From a bacterium (GTDB taxonomy: Bacteria > Patescibacteriota > Dojkabacteria > SC72 > WJKH01): DNA of 64,000 bases. The DNA lies in the NCBI GenBank assembly GCA_029547225.1, contig JAKPPS010000024.1:893-64892 (forward strand). Reading direction: 5' to 3'. A program made the position numbers and the translations under genes. A model generated the notes under the pieces. It searched no databases and was not told the origin of the DNA. It saw only the letters and a program-made list of their open reading frames with translations. Positions 45,537 through 56,581 of this stretch are shown here, in pieces; position 1 is the first letter of the stretch; each line of letters starts with the position of its first letter.

Positions 45537-47423
45537 CTAGCTGCTAAGTGATTTAGGCTTTTTATTATTACTATATCTTTTGATTTGATGCTTTTTGTTA
45601 AAAACAAAATGATAAATAATAATCGATATAATAATTAGAGGAATTATACTAATAACTGTTGGTAAGAGTTTTTCCCACCAATAAGTATAGTTATCGATCT
45701 TAATATTAATTGTTGATGAACTACTCTGATTGTTTACATCTGTATACCTGCATAAGTAGCTATTATTAGTGTTATTTTCAACAGTAAATGAAGCTTGAAC
45801 TGAATCCTTAGGAAGTAAAGTTTGGTTAATATTTATTCCTAACTCTTCGCAAATAATACTATTAATAATCGTATTACCTGTATTAGTAAAGGTTAAATTA
45901 TTTGTTACTGTGGGCATAAAATTCGGAACAGATGTCTTCTCTGATGCGATAGTTAAATTCTCCTTAATATCGCTAGATGCATCATCAAGTACAAAATTAT
46001 ATTCAGAGTCTGTAAAGTAAGGAAGTTTTGGATTAAAGGCGTTAGAACTTCTCTGAATAATTGCAATGTGGTCTGATAAATCAGAATCAAAAAAATCTCC
46101 TTCAGATACATCATCTAGTGCAGGATCGATTGCTCTCCAGTCACTCTTCTGATCAAAATACTCAACCCATGAATGAAAGAAACCATTTTTATTTTTATCC
46201 GGAGAATATACATAACCTAAGGACATCCTTGAAGGGATACCATGCTCCCTATACAGTGCAATTAAAAAATCCACATAATCTTCTGAAATTGCACTTGATT
46301 TCCTTGATAAAGCTCCTTCTACGCCACCACGTAATGGATTTTCTACTGAAGATGACTCTTGGCTTGTAGGAGATAAACGATCAATTACATAACGGTACAG
46401 GGCTTTGTAGAGGCCATAATTCTTTTTTATTTCAACCTGATTCTGATTTAAATAGAGAGATATACGATTAATTTCTGATTCTGACTGTAAGTCCCAGTAA
46501 TCTACAATAGAGCTGGATTCGTCATCTATTGAATTTGTATCACTATTGTCAACTAACATCACATTGCCACTAATATTTACCTGAATTTTGCTTGATGGTT
46601 GAACATCATATACGAGAAAAATATTACCATCTATATCTTGATACGAATTATTAGGTAGCGGATCTATGTAATCTACTGAAACCATTTGACGTGAAGTCGC
46701 AACGGGCAAAGGAATTTCATTGGTAAGTGTAATATCTGAGGTATTAGTTAATTCCTTACTAATTGTATATTTATATTTTAATGAGTTACCTAGCAAAATT
46801 CTGATATTTGTTATCTGCGGATTTAAGAAGGTAATTTTGTATGAGTTAGCGTTTTTAATATTCTCTTGTGGCTTAATTGAGGAGAAAACTAATTCCCCCC
46901 AGGAAGAAGGATAGGTAATCTCAATATACTTAGTGTCAAAACCATCAGCATATTTGGCGGGAAAATCTATTTGAGTATTCTCGTTTATTAACCGGTATTG
47001 AAAAGTACAATTTAATTTGTCTCCTGGTTTCAATATATAGCCATCAAGTGACAATGTAATATTTGAATAATTGCTTTGTTTATATGTATCATGATTTTGA
47101 GTTCTTCCATTACATTGGAGTGAATCAGCAGATATCTCAGTCTGTGGAATTGTAAGCGTATAATAATCTAATACTGTCGTTTGATTATTTGTTGCGGTAA
47201 AACTAACTTCATATATGATATCAGTGTATTTTTCTGCAAGTGAATATTTAATCCCGATCTCTTCAGTTACATTTGATGCGAATGTATGACTTAATAATGT
47301 AAATGAGAAAATACTTACAGCAAGAATAAATACAATACTTAGCGAAGCAACACGAACAAATGAAAATAATTCGTTAAATTTTTGTAAAATTATCTTGTGT
47401 GAATAACCATTCAAATTTTTCAT
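45537..47423 (-). CDS. Transglutaminase-like domain surface protein
   Basis: SEDYVDFLIALYREHGIPSR, HSWVEYF, IDP; N- and C-terminal TM. Confidence 0.85.
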   Translation of the reverse strand: MKNLNGYSHKIILQKFNELFSFVRVASLSIVFILAVSIFSFTLLSHTFASNVTEEIGIKYSLAEKYTDIIYEVSFTATNNQTTVLDYYTLTIPQTEISADSLQCNGRTQNHDTYKQSNYSNITLSLDGYILKPGDKLNCTFQYRLINENTQIDFPAKYADGFDTKYIEITYPSSWGELVFSSIKPQENIKNANSYKITFLNPQITNIRILLGNSLKYKYTISKELTNTSDITLTNEIPLPVATSRQMVSVDYIDPLPNNSYQDIDGNIFLVYDVQPSSKIQVNISGNVMLVDNSDTNSIDDESSSIVDYWDLQSESEINRISLYLNQNQVEIKKNYGLYKALYRYVIDRLSPTSQESSSVENPLRGGVEGALSRKSSAISEDYVDFLIALYREHGIPSRMSLGYVYSPDKNKNGFFHSWVEYFDQKSDWRAIDPALDDVSEGDFFDSDLSDHIAIIQRSSNAFNPKLPYFTDSEYNFVLDDASSDIKENLTIASEKTSVPNFMPTVTNNLTFTNTGNTIINSIICEELGININQTLLPKDSVQASFTVENNTNNSYLCRYTDVNNQSSSSTINIKIDNYTYWWEKLLPTVISIIPLIIISIIIYHFVFNKKHQIKRYSNNKKPKSLSS

Positions 47424-48105
47424 ACTTTCTAAGAATCTGTTTAAGAATTGGGGTTTTGTCTGAAATCCCGTACTTTAATAATACAGGTTTCATATCAACT
47501 TTTCTATACTTAGAAATATTTTTATAATTTGGGTTTCTTACAATTTCCAAGCGAGAATTCTTAGCAATTATGTAATATGGTGCGCCATTCTTCTCATTTG
47601 AGATCACCTTACTCTTAGTTTTATTTGAGTGAAATTCTGCAAAAATAAAGTTTTGTTTCCTGGTATTTATTGCTGAGTATGCGTATCCACAAGGCAGGAT
47701 GACTTTTGAACCAGCTTTAACGCGTAAAATAATTGTGTCAAGTGTGTAGTCAATATTATATTTGTAAAGAATAAACAATCCTGCACCATAAACACACTCT
47801 AGAATCTTGGGATAATTCAATATCCTCGAGCATAATGTCTTGCAATACTCAATACCTATCATGCCTGGATAAACCATTATGATGTTCATCGCGATTCCCT
47901 TGTTAGAAAGAATTCCATGTATGTCGCCACGTAAATATTTACGATATATATTCTCAGGAAGCTGCACTTCATTATTTAGTATCTGTTTACGCAGAGAAGA
48001 GATTTTAATTAAAAGGCTTTTTCTGAATTTAAGATCTGCACTTTTAATTTGATTATCGATAATCTGTACTGAAAATCCAATATTTCTTTTGATGTCTAAT
48101 ATCAT
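47374..48105 (-). CDS. Cupin resembling archaeal-type glucose-6-phosphate isomerase (degenerate)
   Basis: PGMIGIEYCKT, VKAGSKVILPCGYAYSAIN, GAPYY...NPNY match the cupin-PGI layout. Confidence 0.6.
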   Translation of the reverse strand: MILDIKRNIGFSVQIIDNQIKSADLKFRKSLLIKISSLRKQILNNEVQLPENIYRKYLRGDIHGILSNKGIAMNIIMVYPGMIGIEYCKTLCSRILNYPKILECVYGAGLFILYKYNIDYTLDTIILRVKAGSKVILPCGYAYSAINTRKQNFIFAEFHSNKTKSKVISNEKNGAPYYIIAKNSRLEIVRNPNYKNISKYRKVDMKPVLLKYGISDKTPILKQILRKYEKFEWLFTQDNFTKI

Positions 48106-48389
48106 TAGTTTGAAAAAGCTCTAATTAATTCAATTGCAACAAATGCTAAGATCATATAGAAACCTAAACCTAATAATGCTAATAAATCGATATGAAAACC
48201 AAACCAAATCGTTTCTGGAGGTACAATACCATTTAGGAAACTAAGAAAAAAGTCGGAGTATCTATAAACTATATCAACTAGTTTAATACCAGAAGATGCC
48301 TCGATAAGCTTTAGAACAAACCTAATAGCGATAAGAGTTTCTATTAAGACGAGTATTGTATAAACTATTTTTGCTATGATTTTAAACAT
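48105..48389 (-). CDS. YggT-like membrane protein
   Basis: LIAIRFVLKL..A...IVYRYS.FF..F.GI pattern. Confidence 0.7.
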   Translation of the reverse strand: MFKIIAKIVYTILVLIETLIAIRFVLKLIEASSGIKLVDIVYRYSDFFLSFLNGIVPPETIWFGFHIDLLALLGLGFYMILAFVAIELIRAFSN

Positions 48390-48409
48390 GTTCGATTATA
48401 ACCTTTAGA

Positions 48410-49102
48410 TTATATATTTTCAAGATTATCTAAATAATACTGTAGTTCGTTCATATATTTTTGTACTCCATTTGCCCAAGCATGAGCTGGATCCTGACCA
48501 CAAGGCGGGCAATAAGTTGGTTCAATTTGGCTAGGAGTAAGAGTTGTACCATAGCCATAAGCTAATCCCTCAGTTACAGTAGTAACACCTTCTTTCCAAG
48601 TGGGAAACATGCTCCAGTCACCACCTGGACCTCCACGCCATCCCCAACCGTTATTAGAATTCAAGGGAATAATATTACCGAAAGCAGATTCCACACCAGA
48701 TATGCTTGCAACCAGTCTCCAATCTAGACCTGTTCTATCAGCTTCCATTATAAATATTTCAGCATAGGGATACATTGGTGATCTGTAATCTTGTAAAAAT
48801 CGTCGCATAGCAATTACTCGAGGATCCGTTGTGATATATTTATTCTGATCTGAAGTACTTAAAACATTTTCTTCCTCAATAATATTATATGCCCAGGATT
48901 CTGTTAGTACAGGATCTGTAATTGGTCTAAGGTATATAGATTCTTGAGTTGGTTTGTAAGCTTTACTCAATAATTTACTTTGCACAGATGTCGCAAAATT
49001 ATTAATAGGCGTAAAGATAAATAGCATGTATACACCTGCAATAGATACGATTAGAATAAAGAAAATAATAAATTTTAAAATGTTAGGTTGCTTTTTATCC
49101 AT
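48410..49102 (-). CDS. Lysozyme-like (glucosaminidase/SLT-like) protein, paralogue of 38484
   Basis: DWRLVASISGVESAFG, NGWGW, YCPP...WANGV. Confidence 0.7.
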   Translation of the reverse strand: MDKKQPNILKFIIFFILIVSIAGVYMLFIFTPINNFATSVQSKLLSKAYKPTQESIYLRPITDPVLTESWAYNIIEEENVLSTSDQNKYITTDPRVIAMRRFLQDYRSPMYPYAEIFIMEADRTGLDWRLVASISGVESAFGNIIPLNSNNGWGWRGGPGGDWSMFPTWKEGVTTVTEGLAYGYGTTLTPSQIEPTYCPPCGQDPAHAWANGVQKYMNELQYYLDNLENI

Positions 49103-49179
49103 TTCTCAAGTATAACAATTTACATACCAAACTGGAATATGTAGAATAGAATAATATTTAGAAGTTTCATTTCAAAACC

Positions 49180-52100
49180 GTGTTTACACATCTGCACTTA
49201 CATACAGATTATTCGTTGTTGGATAGCGTAATACAGCTTTATCCTCTTTTTGATAAGCTTACCGCTCAAGGTTTTAAGGCTTGCGCAATAACAGATCATG
49301 GTAATATGTATGCTGCCAATAAATTTTATGGTGGTTTATCGAAAGCAGGAATCAAACCAATTATCGGTTGCGAAATATATGTAAGTCCTCGCTCAATGTT
49401 TAGTAAGCAGTATGGTATAGATAATAAGTATAATCACCTAATACTCCTTGCTAAGAATCTTGAGGGTTACAAAAATCTTATCAAATTGGTTTCTAAATCT
49501 CATATTGAAGGTTTTTATTATAAACCTCGAGTAGATTTTGACACTATAAAGGAGTACTCAAAAGGATTAATTTGTTCTACAGCATGTTTACAAGGTGTTG
49601 TCTCTAAGCCGTTAATGGATAACAACGAAAAGCTAGCCATTGAGAATCTAGAAAAGTATTATGAATTATTTAAAGACGATTTTTACATCGAATTACAAAG
49701 AAATGGTTTAGATATCCAGGAAAAAGTTAATGAAAAGCTAATAGAATATTCCAAGAAATATTCTATACCTGTAATTGCAACTTGTGATAGTCATTTCTTG
49801 AGTAAAGAGGATTCTGTCTTACAGGAGATTCTCTGGTGTATAAGGGACTCAAAAACATTAGACGATCCGTCCAGAATGAAATTAGAATCTCAAGAGTTCT
49901 ATGTGAAGTCAGACGAAGAAATGGTCGATTTGTTTAAGGATATCCCTGAGGCTATTGAGAATACACAAGTTATAGCAGATAAAGTTGAACAATATAATAT
50001 AAAATGGGGTCGGGTACAGCCAATATTTACTGACAAAGCAGAAGATGTAACATCAGGAGAATATTTACGGAAAATAACCTACGACAACGCTCCGTCAAAA
50101 TATGGAGAATTAACTGAGGATCTAAAAAACCGCTTAGATTATGAATTAGATTTAATTCATTCAAAGGGATATGATGATTATTTTTTGATTGTTCGCTCAT
50201 TTGTAAGATTCTGTAGAGATAATGGTATTATTGTGGGTATGAGAGGTTCAGGATGCGGTTCTGCAGTAGCTTATTCTGTAGGTATTACGCACGTTGAACC
50301 AATTAAGTGGGAACTTTATTTCGAACGATTTCTCAACCCTGAAAGAGATTCGCCACCTGATTTTGATATCGATATAGCTGATGAACGTAGAAATGAAGTA
50401 ATCGATTTTGCAATAAACCAGTTCGGTGAAGATAATGTTAAGCAGATAGGTACATTTAGCAAGCTACAAACAAGGCAAGCTATCAGAGATATAGCACGTG
50501 TACTTGGAATAGATCTAATGATAGCTGACAAGCTTTCCAAAATGGTAGTTATTGAATTTGGAAAGAGTAAGCCGATTGATTACATGTTGGAGCACGATAA
50601 GGAATTTAGTGCAATTATTAATTCGTCTCCAGAGATATTACAATTAGCTGATTATGTAAGGAAGTTAAATGGTGTTCATCGAGGAGTTTCTACACATGCG
50701 TGCGGTATTATTATTACTCCAGAGCCACTTGTAGAGTATTGTCCGATTCAGAAGGATGCTCATGGTGGAGGTATGGGTATGACGCAGTATGAGATGTCTG
50801 ATACTGAAGACATAGGTTTAATGAAATACGACTTTCTTGGATTAAGGAACCTAAGCATTATAGGTAAAACGGTGTCAATGATCGAACGAAGTAAGGGAAT
50901 AAAGGTTGATCTTATGTCTATCGATCCTCATGATAAAGAAACATATAAAACGATTCAAGATGGACATACTGTAGGCGTTTTTCAGATGGAAAGTGAGGGC
51001 ATGAAGAGACTTGTAAAAGAGTTACAACCAGAATCACTTGAGGAAATAAGTTATATTTTGGCAGCATATCGACCTGGACCTCTACAGTTTATTCCGGAAT
51101 ATATTGCAGTTAAAAAGGGAAAGAAAGAAATCGAATATTTGATTCCTGAATTAGAGCCAATTTTGAAAGTTACAAATGGTGTTATTACTTATCAGGAGCA
51201 GGTTATCAGGATTGCAGTGGATATTGCAGGCTATACGATGGGTGCTGCTGATATGCTTCGTAGAGCTATGGGTAAAAAGAAGATGGAGATTATGGATCAG
51301 GAGAAAGTGAAATTCATCGATGGTGCAACAGCACATGGATTTGATAAAGAGAAGATAGAACAGCTATGGGAACGATTAGTTCAATTTGCAAACTATGGTT
51401 TTAATAAAGCTCATTCAGCATCATATGCGTATGTTACATATTGGACGGCATATTTGAAAACACACTATCCTATTGAGTTTATGGCTTCAATTTTGGAAAG
51501 TGATCTTGAAAAGTTTGATCGTGTTGTAATAGACATGGAAGAGTGTAAGAGAATTGGAATAAAAGTGCTACCACCTCACGTAAATAAGAGTGATTTTTAC
51601 TTTGCTCTAGAGGAAGAAAAGAATGTTAGATTCGGATTAGCAGGTATTAAGAATCTTGGTGAGGATGCGGCTAAATCAGTAGTGGAAGAACGTAATGAAA
51701 ATGGAGAATATTTGAATTTTGATGATTTTATATATCGAGCAATTACTCGAAAGGTAGCAATCAAAGCTATAGAGTATCTGATTAAGGCAGGAGCACTAGA
51801 TCATTGGGGAAATCGTGAGAGTTTAATAGCAACATTACAGTCGCTATATGATAAGTATCGTAAACAAATTAGTAATTTCACTGAAGGACAGATTGATCTT
51901 TTTGGAAACGGAAGTACGAAACTATCTAATATTGAAGTGGCATCAGTAATTCCAGAAGCCCCAAAGCTCTCAGATTTTGAAAAATTAAAGTGGGAAAAAG
52001 AGTTGTTGGGTTTATACATGACCAATCATCCTTTGAATGATTTTGATGAGATTTTTAAAGAAAAGCATGTTGTCCCTGTCGCAGAATTAAAGAATAGAAA

Positions 52101-52572
52101 TGAAAATGATTTTGTTGTAATTGGTGGAATTATTAACAAAATTAAACGAATAACGACTAAAAACAATGATAATATGGCGATATTAAGTATTGAAGATATG
52201 ACAGGAATGACAGAAATAGTCGCTTTCCCACGTATCTATGAAAAGATTAAAGATGAATTTGTACAAAACATTCCTATTCTGTTTGTTGGGCGTGTGAAAT
52301 ATCGTGAAGATGTCGTAAGTGTAATATTAGATAAGGCAAAAGCACTAGATCCAGAGAAACATAGTAACAATTTTAGTGGTATAATATTCAAAATCAGAGA
52401 TGATCATACTGAGGGTGACATATCAGACTTGAAGCAAATCATTAAAGACCATCCAGGAGATATACCAGTAAAAATCATTTCATTGCAAGGTGATGAAGTT
52501 AAAACTGTTGTCCTGAACAACAAAGTAGCTAAATGTGCAGAAATCGAAGAATGTCAGAAGAAATTTTCGTAA
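49180..52572 (+). CDS. dnaE: DNA polymerase III alpha subunit
   Basis: HLHLHTDYSLLD PHP domain, PDFDID, FNKAHS. Confidence 0.99.
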   Translation: MFTHLHLHTDYSLLDSVIQLYPLFDKLTAQGFKACAITDHGNMYAANKFYGGLSKAGIKPIIGCEIYVSPRSMFSKQYGIDNKYNHLILLAKNLEGYKNLIKLVSKSHIEGFYYKPRVDFDTIKEYSKGLICSTACLQGVVSKPLMDNNEKLAIENLEKYYELFKDDFYIELQRNGLDIQEKVNEKLIEYSKKYSIPVIATCDSHFLSKEDSVLQEILWCIRDSKTLDDPSRMKLESQEFYVKSDEEMVDLFKDIPEAIENTQVIADKVEQYNIKWGRVQPIFTDKAEDVTSGEYLRKITYDNAPSKYGELTEDLKNRLDYELDLIHSKGYDDYFLIVRSFVRFCRDNGIIVGMRGSGCGSAVAYSVGITHVEPIKWELYFERFLNPERDSPPDFDIDIADERRNEVIDFAINQFGEDNVKQIGTFSKLQTRQAIRDIARVLGIDLMIADKLSKMVVIEFGKSKPIDYMLEHDKEFSAIINSSPEILQLADYVRKLNGVHRGVSTHACGIIITPEPLVEYCPIQKDAHGGGMGMTQYEMSDTEDIGLMKYDFLGLRNLSIIGKTVSMIERSKGIKVDLMSIDPHDKETYKTIQDGHTVGVFQMESEGMKRLVKELQPESLEEISYILAAYRPGPLQFIPEYIAVKKGKKEIEYLIPELEPILKVTNGVITYQEQVIRIAVDIAGYTMGAADMLRRAMGKKKMEIMDQEKVKFIDGATAHGFDKEKIEQLWERLVQFANYGFNKAHSASYAYVTYWTAYLKTHYPIEFMASILESDLEKFDRVVIDMEECKRIGIKVLPPHVNKSDFYFALEEEKNVRFGLAGIKNLGEDAAKSVVEERNENGEYLNFDDFIYRAITRKVAIKAIEYLIKAGALDHWGNRESLIATLQSLYDKYRKQISNFTEGQIDLFGNGSTKLSNIEVASVIPEAPKLSDFEKLKWEKELLGLYMTNHPLNDFDEIFKEKHVVPVAELKNRNENDFVVIGGIINKIKRITTKNNDNMAILSIEDMTGMTEIVAFPRIYEKIKDEFVQNIPILFVGRVKYREDVVSVILDKAKALDPEKHSNNFSGIIFKIRDDHTEGDISDLKQIIKDHPGDIPVKIISLQGDEVKTVVLNNKVAKCAEIEECQKKFS

Positions 52573-54062
52573 ACCAATCAGATTATGATCTATTACCCCG
52601 ATTACCAGGTGTATACCGCTTCTATGATAAAGAAAACACATTAATGTATATTGGAAAGGCTTTATCTCTTAAGGATCGAGTAAGTTCTTATTTTAAAAAC
52701 GATCATTTAGATAGGCCACACATTATTCCAATGATTCCGAAAATCGTCAAAATAGGATACATATCAACTACTAATGAAGTTGAGTCATTGATTCTTGAAG
52801 CAGCATTAATAAAACAATATCAACCTAAATACAATATCGAACTAAAGGATGATAAATCATTTGCATGGATTTACATATCCACAAACGAACAATTCCCAAA
52901 AGTGAAAGTGGTTAGAAGCATTACAAAAACAGAATACCAGAAAGGTAAGTTATTTGGGCCATATCCTGATGGAAGCTCAGTACGAAGAGTATATCGGTAT
53001 TTGCGTAAAGTCTTTCCATTTTGTAATTGCAAAAGCAAAGAAGAAGAAGAGATGTACTACCAAATAGGACTTTGCGCTGGTCCCAACATCGGAAAGATAA
53101 ATAAAAAAGATTATCGCAAAATTATCAAAGAACTAATTTCGGTGTTACAAGGCAAGCGAGTTAACATTATTAATCGCCTCCAAAAGGAAATGGATTATCT
53201 CGCCAAAAACGAAAAATTTGAGGAAGCCGCACTACTGCGCGATAAAATTAATGATTTAAAATATGTAAGTAGAAGTACAGGATTAGACCTTTCAACTAAT
53301 GAGTTACAATATTCCGCATATAAACAAGAGAAACTTAATGCAATTGCAAAGCAGCTTGAGATAGATCATATTAAAAGAATTGAATGTTATGACATTTCAC
53401 ATCAAGCTGGTAAGAATGGTTATGGATCAATGGTTGTTTCAGTTGATGGATATCCTCGGTCGGAAATGTATCGTTCATTTAAAATAAATATTGAGAATAC
53501 TGGTGACGATTATTCGTCATTGCGTGAGGTTATACAGAGGCGTCTGAGATTAATAGAAGACAAAGAATTTGGTGATATCCCTGATTTAATAGTAATAGAT
53601 GGCGGTCCTAATCAGCTTCTCGCAATATACGATATTGTAAATAAATATAATAATATTGGTATACTTGGTATTTCAAAGGGTCGAAAATATAAAAGAAAGG
53701 GTTCAAGATTGCATGATGAATTTTGGATATATGATAAACTCAGTCTTAATACTGATTCGCTGACACCAAAAATAAGGCAGATTAATCTTAGGAATCCAGA
53801 AATTATTGCATCATTGAGAGATGAAGCTCATAGATTTGTTATAAAGCTTTCAAGAAATGCTAAAAGAGAAGGAATAAAGAAATCAGTTTATGACGAAATA
53901 TCTGGAGTCGGTCCACAGATAAAAAAGATTTTGAAACAAAAATATCAATCTCCTAAAGATATACTTAAAACAAGTGTTGAAGAACTAACCATTACTATTA
54001 AAAATCGTTCTACTGCAATTAATATTATGAATTACTTGTCAACAAAATATAAATCTAATTAG
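52551..54062 (+). CDS. uvrC: Excinuclease ABC subunit C
   Basis: PGVY..YIGKA GIY-YIG, FEEAA.LRD, IECYDISH, IDGG, RDEAHRF. Confidence 0.95.
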   Translation: MSEEIFVNQSDYDLLPRLPGVYRFYDKENTLMYIGKALSLKDRVSSYFKNDHLDRPHIIPMIPKIVKIGYISTTNEVESLILEAALIKQYQPKYNIELKDDKSFAWIYISTNEQFPKVKVVRSITKTEYQKGKLFGPYPDGSSVRRVYRYLRKVFPFCNCKSKEEEEMYYQIGLCAGPNIGKINKKDYRKIIKELISVLQGKRVNIINRLQKEMDYLAKNEKFEEAALLRDKINDLKYVSRSTGLDLSTNELQYSAYKQEKLNAIAKQLEIDHIKRIECYDISHQAGKNGYGSMVVSVDGYPRSEMYRSFKINIENTGDDYSSLREVIQRRLRLIEDKEFGDIPDLIVIDGGPNQLLAIYDIVNKYNNIGILGISKGRKYKRKGSRLHDEFWIYDKLSLNTDSLTPKIRQINLRNPEIIASLRDEAHRFVIKLSRNAKREGIKKSVYDEISGVGPQIKKILKQKYQSPKDILKTSVEELTITIKNRSTAINIMNYLSTKYKSN

Positions 54063-54094
54063 AATTAGTTTATTACTGTCAAAGGAAATAATTG

Positions 54095-55411
54095 TTATCG
54101 ATTAATATTCATTGGAACTATATTCTCAACGAGGAAATCCATGATCGAATTAGCATCAGCTGGACCGTAAAAAATGAATACAACATTATCTCGCGGAGAG
54201 TTAATCACGTATGCAACCATATTTTTATCATCTTCTGACTTTAATTGAGCTTTAAGACCTATCAAATCAGAAAATAGATATGTTTGTGAGTTGACAATCG
54301 AGATATTATTTTGACTTGTGTAATCAAATAAATGTTCATCATACAATCTCCCATCATATGTAATAAAAGGGATTATCTCTACAAAGTTTTCAGTATCACC
54401 AATCATCGTAATTTTAGCTTTCTGAATAGTACTCACATTAGATGAAGTATAGGTGACTACATAACTTCCAGGCATTTCTAAACGCCATGGATAATCAGGT
54501 AACAAAGAAACTGTACTATTTTGCTTGATAGCTTGTTTACGCGTGTTCTCTGCGTCAACTACACGCTTTAGTCCTTCTCTTGCATCAGTCTCAGATACTC
54601 TTTGGAATACAATGTCATCAATTTCTGTATATATTCTTAAACCAATACCTTCTTTAACAAAATATTTACCATATTTCATACTATTATCACTCCTCGGGAC
54701 ATCCTTTACTTGTTCCCAGCCTAATTGTTGCAGTTGCTCATTATAAAAGTTTTCAACATCAGTCCATACTGTACCAGGAGATAATCTATATATTGAATAA
54801 CCAGCAGAAATAAACTCTTTAACTTCTGTAGAGTCTTCATAATTCTCAAAGATAAAAGAGGAACCTGGATACACAGGTATGTCGGCAAATCCATATACCT
54901 GTCCAGTTATTAAATTATCAGTATTATCATTATCACGAATTTGTAAAACAGTTTGAATTGCAAAATAAATAAATGCTGCGAGCAGAAACGGAGAAAGTAT
55001 GATGATTAAAATGGTTATGGATTTCCTAAGAAGATTCTTTCGCTTAACAAATTTTTCGCGGTTAGACGCGCCCTTACCAGTACAAGATTTTTGATACTTT
55101 TTAATAAAATTGTTATCAACCTTTGAACTTTCTCTATCTAATACATTTTGAAGTTTATTTGAAGATCTATGTGATTTTTTCTGTAAATTTGTACTTTGCT
55201 TTCCAAAAATAATGTGATCCTTCTTAATAGTAGTATATTTATGTAAATCAACGCCATCTTCATCTTTAGTTACTTTATTATTTCTATCGTTTTCCTTATG
55301 AGTGCTTGAATTTCTTTTGAAACCTAAGGCTTTTTGAGCATTTGCTAACGATTGCGCCTTAAGATCATTTTTCTCAGTTTTGCTATTTTTTCTAAAAAAG
55401 GGAATGTGCAT
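54095..55411 (-). CDS. Hypothetical single-TM protein with basic cytoplasmic N-terminus
   Basis: 438 aa ORF, one TM, IPVYPG...FY..QL...GW domain. Confidence 0.7.
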   Translation of the reverse strand: MHIPFFRKNSKTEKNDLKAQSLANAQKALGFKRNSSTHKENDRNNKVTKDEDGVDLHKYTTIKKDHIIFGKQSTNLQKKSHRSSNKLQNVLDRESSKVDNNFIKKYQKSCTGKGASNREKFVKRKNLLRKSITILIIILSPFLLAAFIYFAIQTVLQIRDNDNTDNLITGQVYGFADIPVYPGSSFIFENYEDSTEVKEFISAGYSIYRLSPGTVWTDVENFYNEQLQQLGWEQVKDVPRSDNSMKYGKYFVKEGIGLRIYTEIDDIVFQRVSETDAREGLKRVVDAENTRKQAIKQNSTVSLLPDYPWRLEMPGSYVVTYTSSNVSTIQKAKITMIGDTENFVEIIPFITYDGRLYDEHLFDYTSQNNISIVNSQTYLFSDLIGLKAQLKSEDDKNMVAYVINSPRDNVVFIFYGPADANSIMDFLVENIVPMNINR

Positions 55412-55479
55412 ATTTTGGCAGTTTATATCAAAAGAAAACGGAACCTTACTAATAATACATTTTTACTCTATAATAAGTC

Positions 55480-56538
55480 ATGCAAAAAATCAACATTTCT
55501 GTAGCACCAATGGATGGTATTACTGATATAGCTTTGCGAAAAACTCTTGCAAGTGGAGAGAATTTTATTAAATATACACCAGATATCATATTTACCGAGT
55601 TTATCAATGTAGAAGCTCTACACCGAGATATTCGATCAGCTAACAGAGCAATGATCAAGTTACTAACTACTCCCAATGATGAAAAAAAGGCATTATCTAC
55701 GTATAAAGAATTGTTCGAGAAATACAATATATCTTCTTCAGACTCTGATAGTTTTTTATCAAGTTTCAAGAGTGCCTATAAAGGTAAACAGATGGCTCAA
55801 TTATATGGTAAAAATCCTAAATTATTTGCAGAGGCTACATCAAAAATTATTGAATTGGGATACGATGGTGTTGATATAAACATGGGTTGTCCAGCAAAGA
55901 AAATTGCACGGCGTATGGAAGGCGCGGGATTAATCAAAACTCCTGAGATTGCAATTGAGATTATTGATCAGGTTAAAAATATTGTTAATTCCTCAAATAT
56001 AGGTAAAGATTTTACAATTTCTGTAAAGACTCGCTTAGGGTTTGAAACAGATATCGCAGAGGAATGGTTATCTTTACTTGATAAACAAGACCTAAGTTAT
56101 ATTACACTTCATGGAAGGACTTTTGCGCAAGGCTATACAGGAAATGCAAACTGGGAAAGGATAGGTGAGGTACGCAAGAACCTACAAACGAAAATTATCG
56201 GAAACGGCGATATTATATCAATTGAAGATGCCAAAGAAAAACAGTCACAATATGATTTGTTTGGAGTAATGATAGGTCGAAATTATAATGCATTTATAAA
56301 ACCTGATAGATTAAGTCGTTTATCTGCACTTTATTATTATTTGAAAAACCATCAATTACTTATATCAGGTTTTTTTAGATCTTCTGATAGTGCATATGCA
56401 TCTGCCAAGAAGGTTATCGTAACATTTCTTAAATTTCTTGAATCAAAAAACAACTTACAATATAATTTGCTCTGTGCAAAATCTTACGAAGAGGCTTTTA
56501 AACTAATAGACCAAGAAATCAGTACCGTTTGTAATTAA
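55480..56538 (+). CDS. dus: tRNA-dihydrouridine synthase
   Basis: APMDGITD, DINMGCP, SVKTRLG, LHGRT, GNGDI, MIGR. Confidence 0.95.
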   Translation: MQKINISVAPMDGITDIALRKTLASGENFIKYTPDIIFTEFINVEALHRDIRSANRAMIKLLTTPNDEKKALSTYKELFEKYNISSSDSDSFLSSFKSAYKGKQMAQLYGKNPKLFAEATSKIIELGYDGVDINMGCPAKKIARRMEGAGLIKTPEIAIEIIDQVKNIVNSSNIGKDFTISVKTRLGFETDIAEEWLSLLDKQDLSYITLHGRTFAQGYTGNANWERIGEVRKNLQTKIIGNGDIISIEDAKEKQSQYDLFGVMIGRNYNAFIKPDRLSRLSALYYYLKNHQLLISGFFRSSDSAYASAKKVIVTFLKFLESKNNLQYNLLCAKSYEEAFKLIDQEISTVCN

Positions 56539-56581
56539 CCTAATTGTAACGAAATTGATTATTTAGCTGAGAATACAAATT

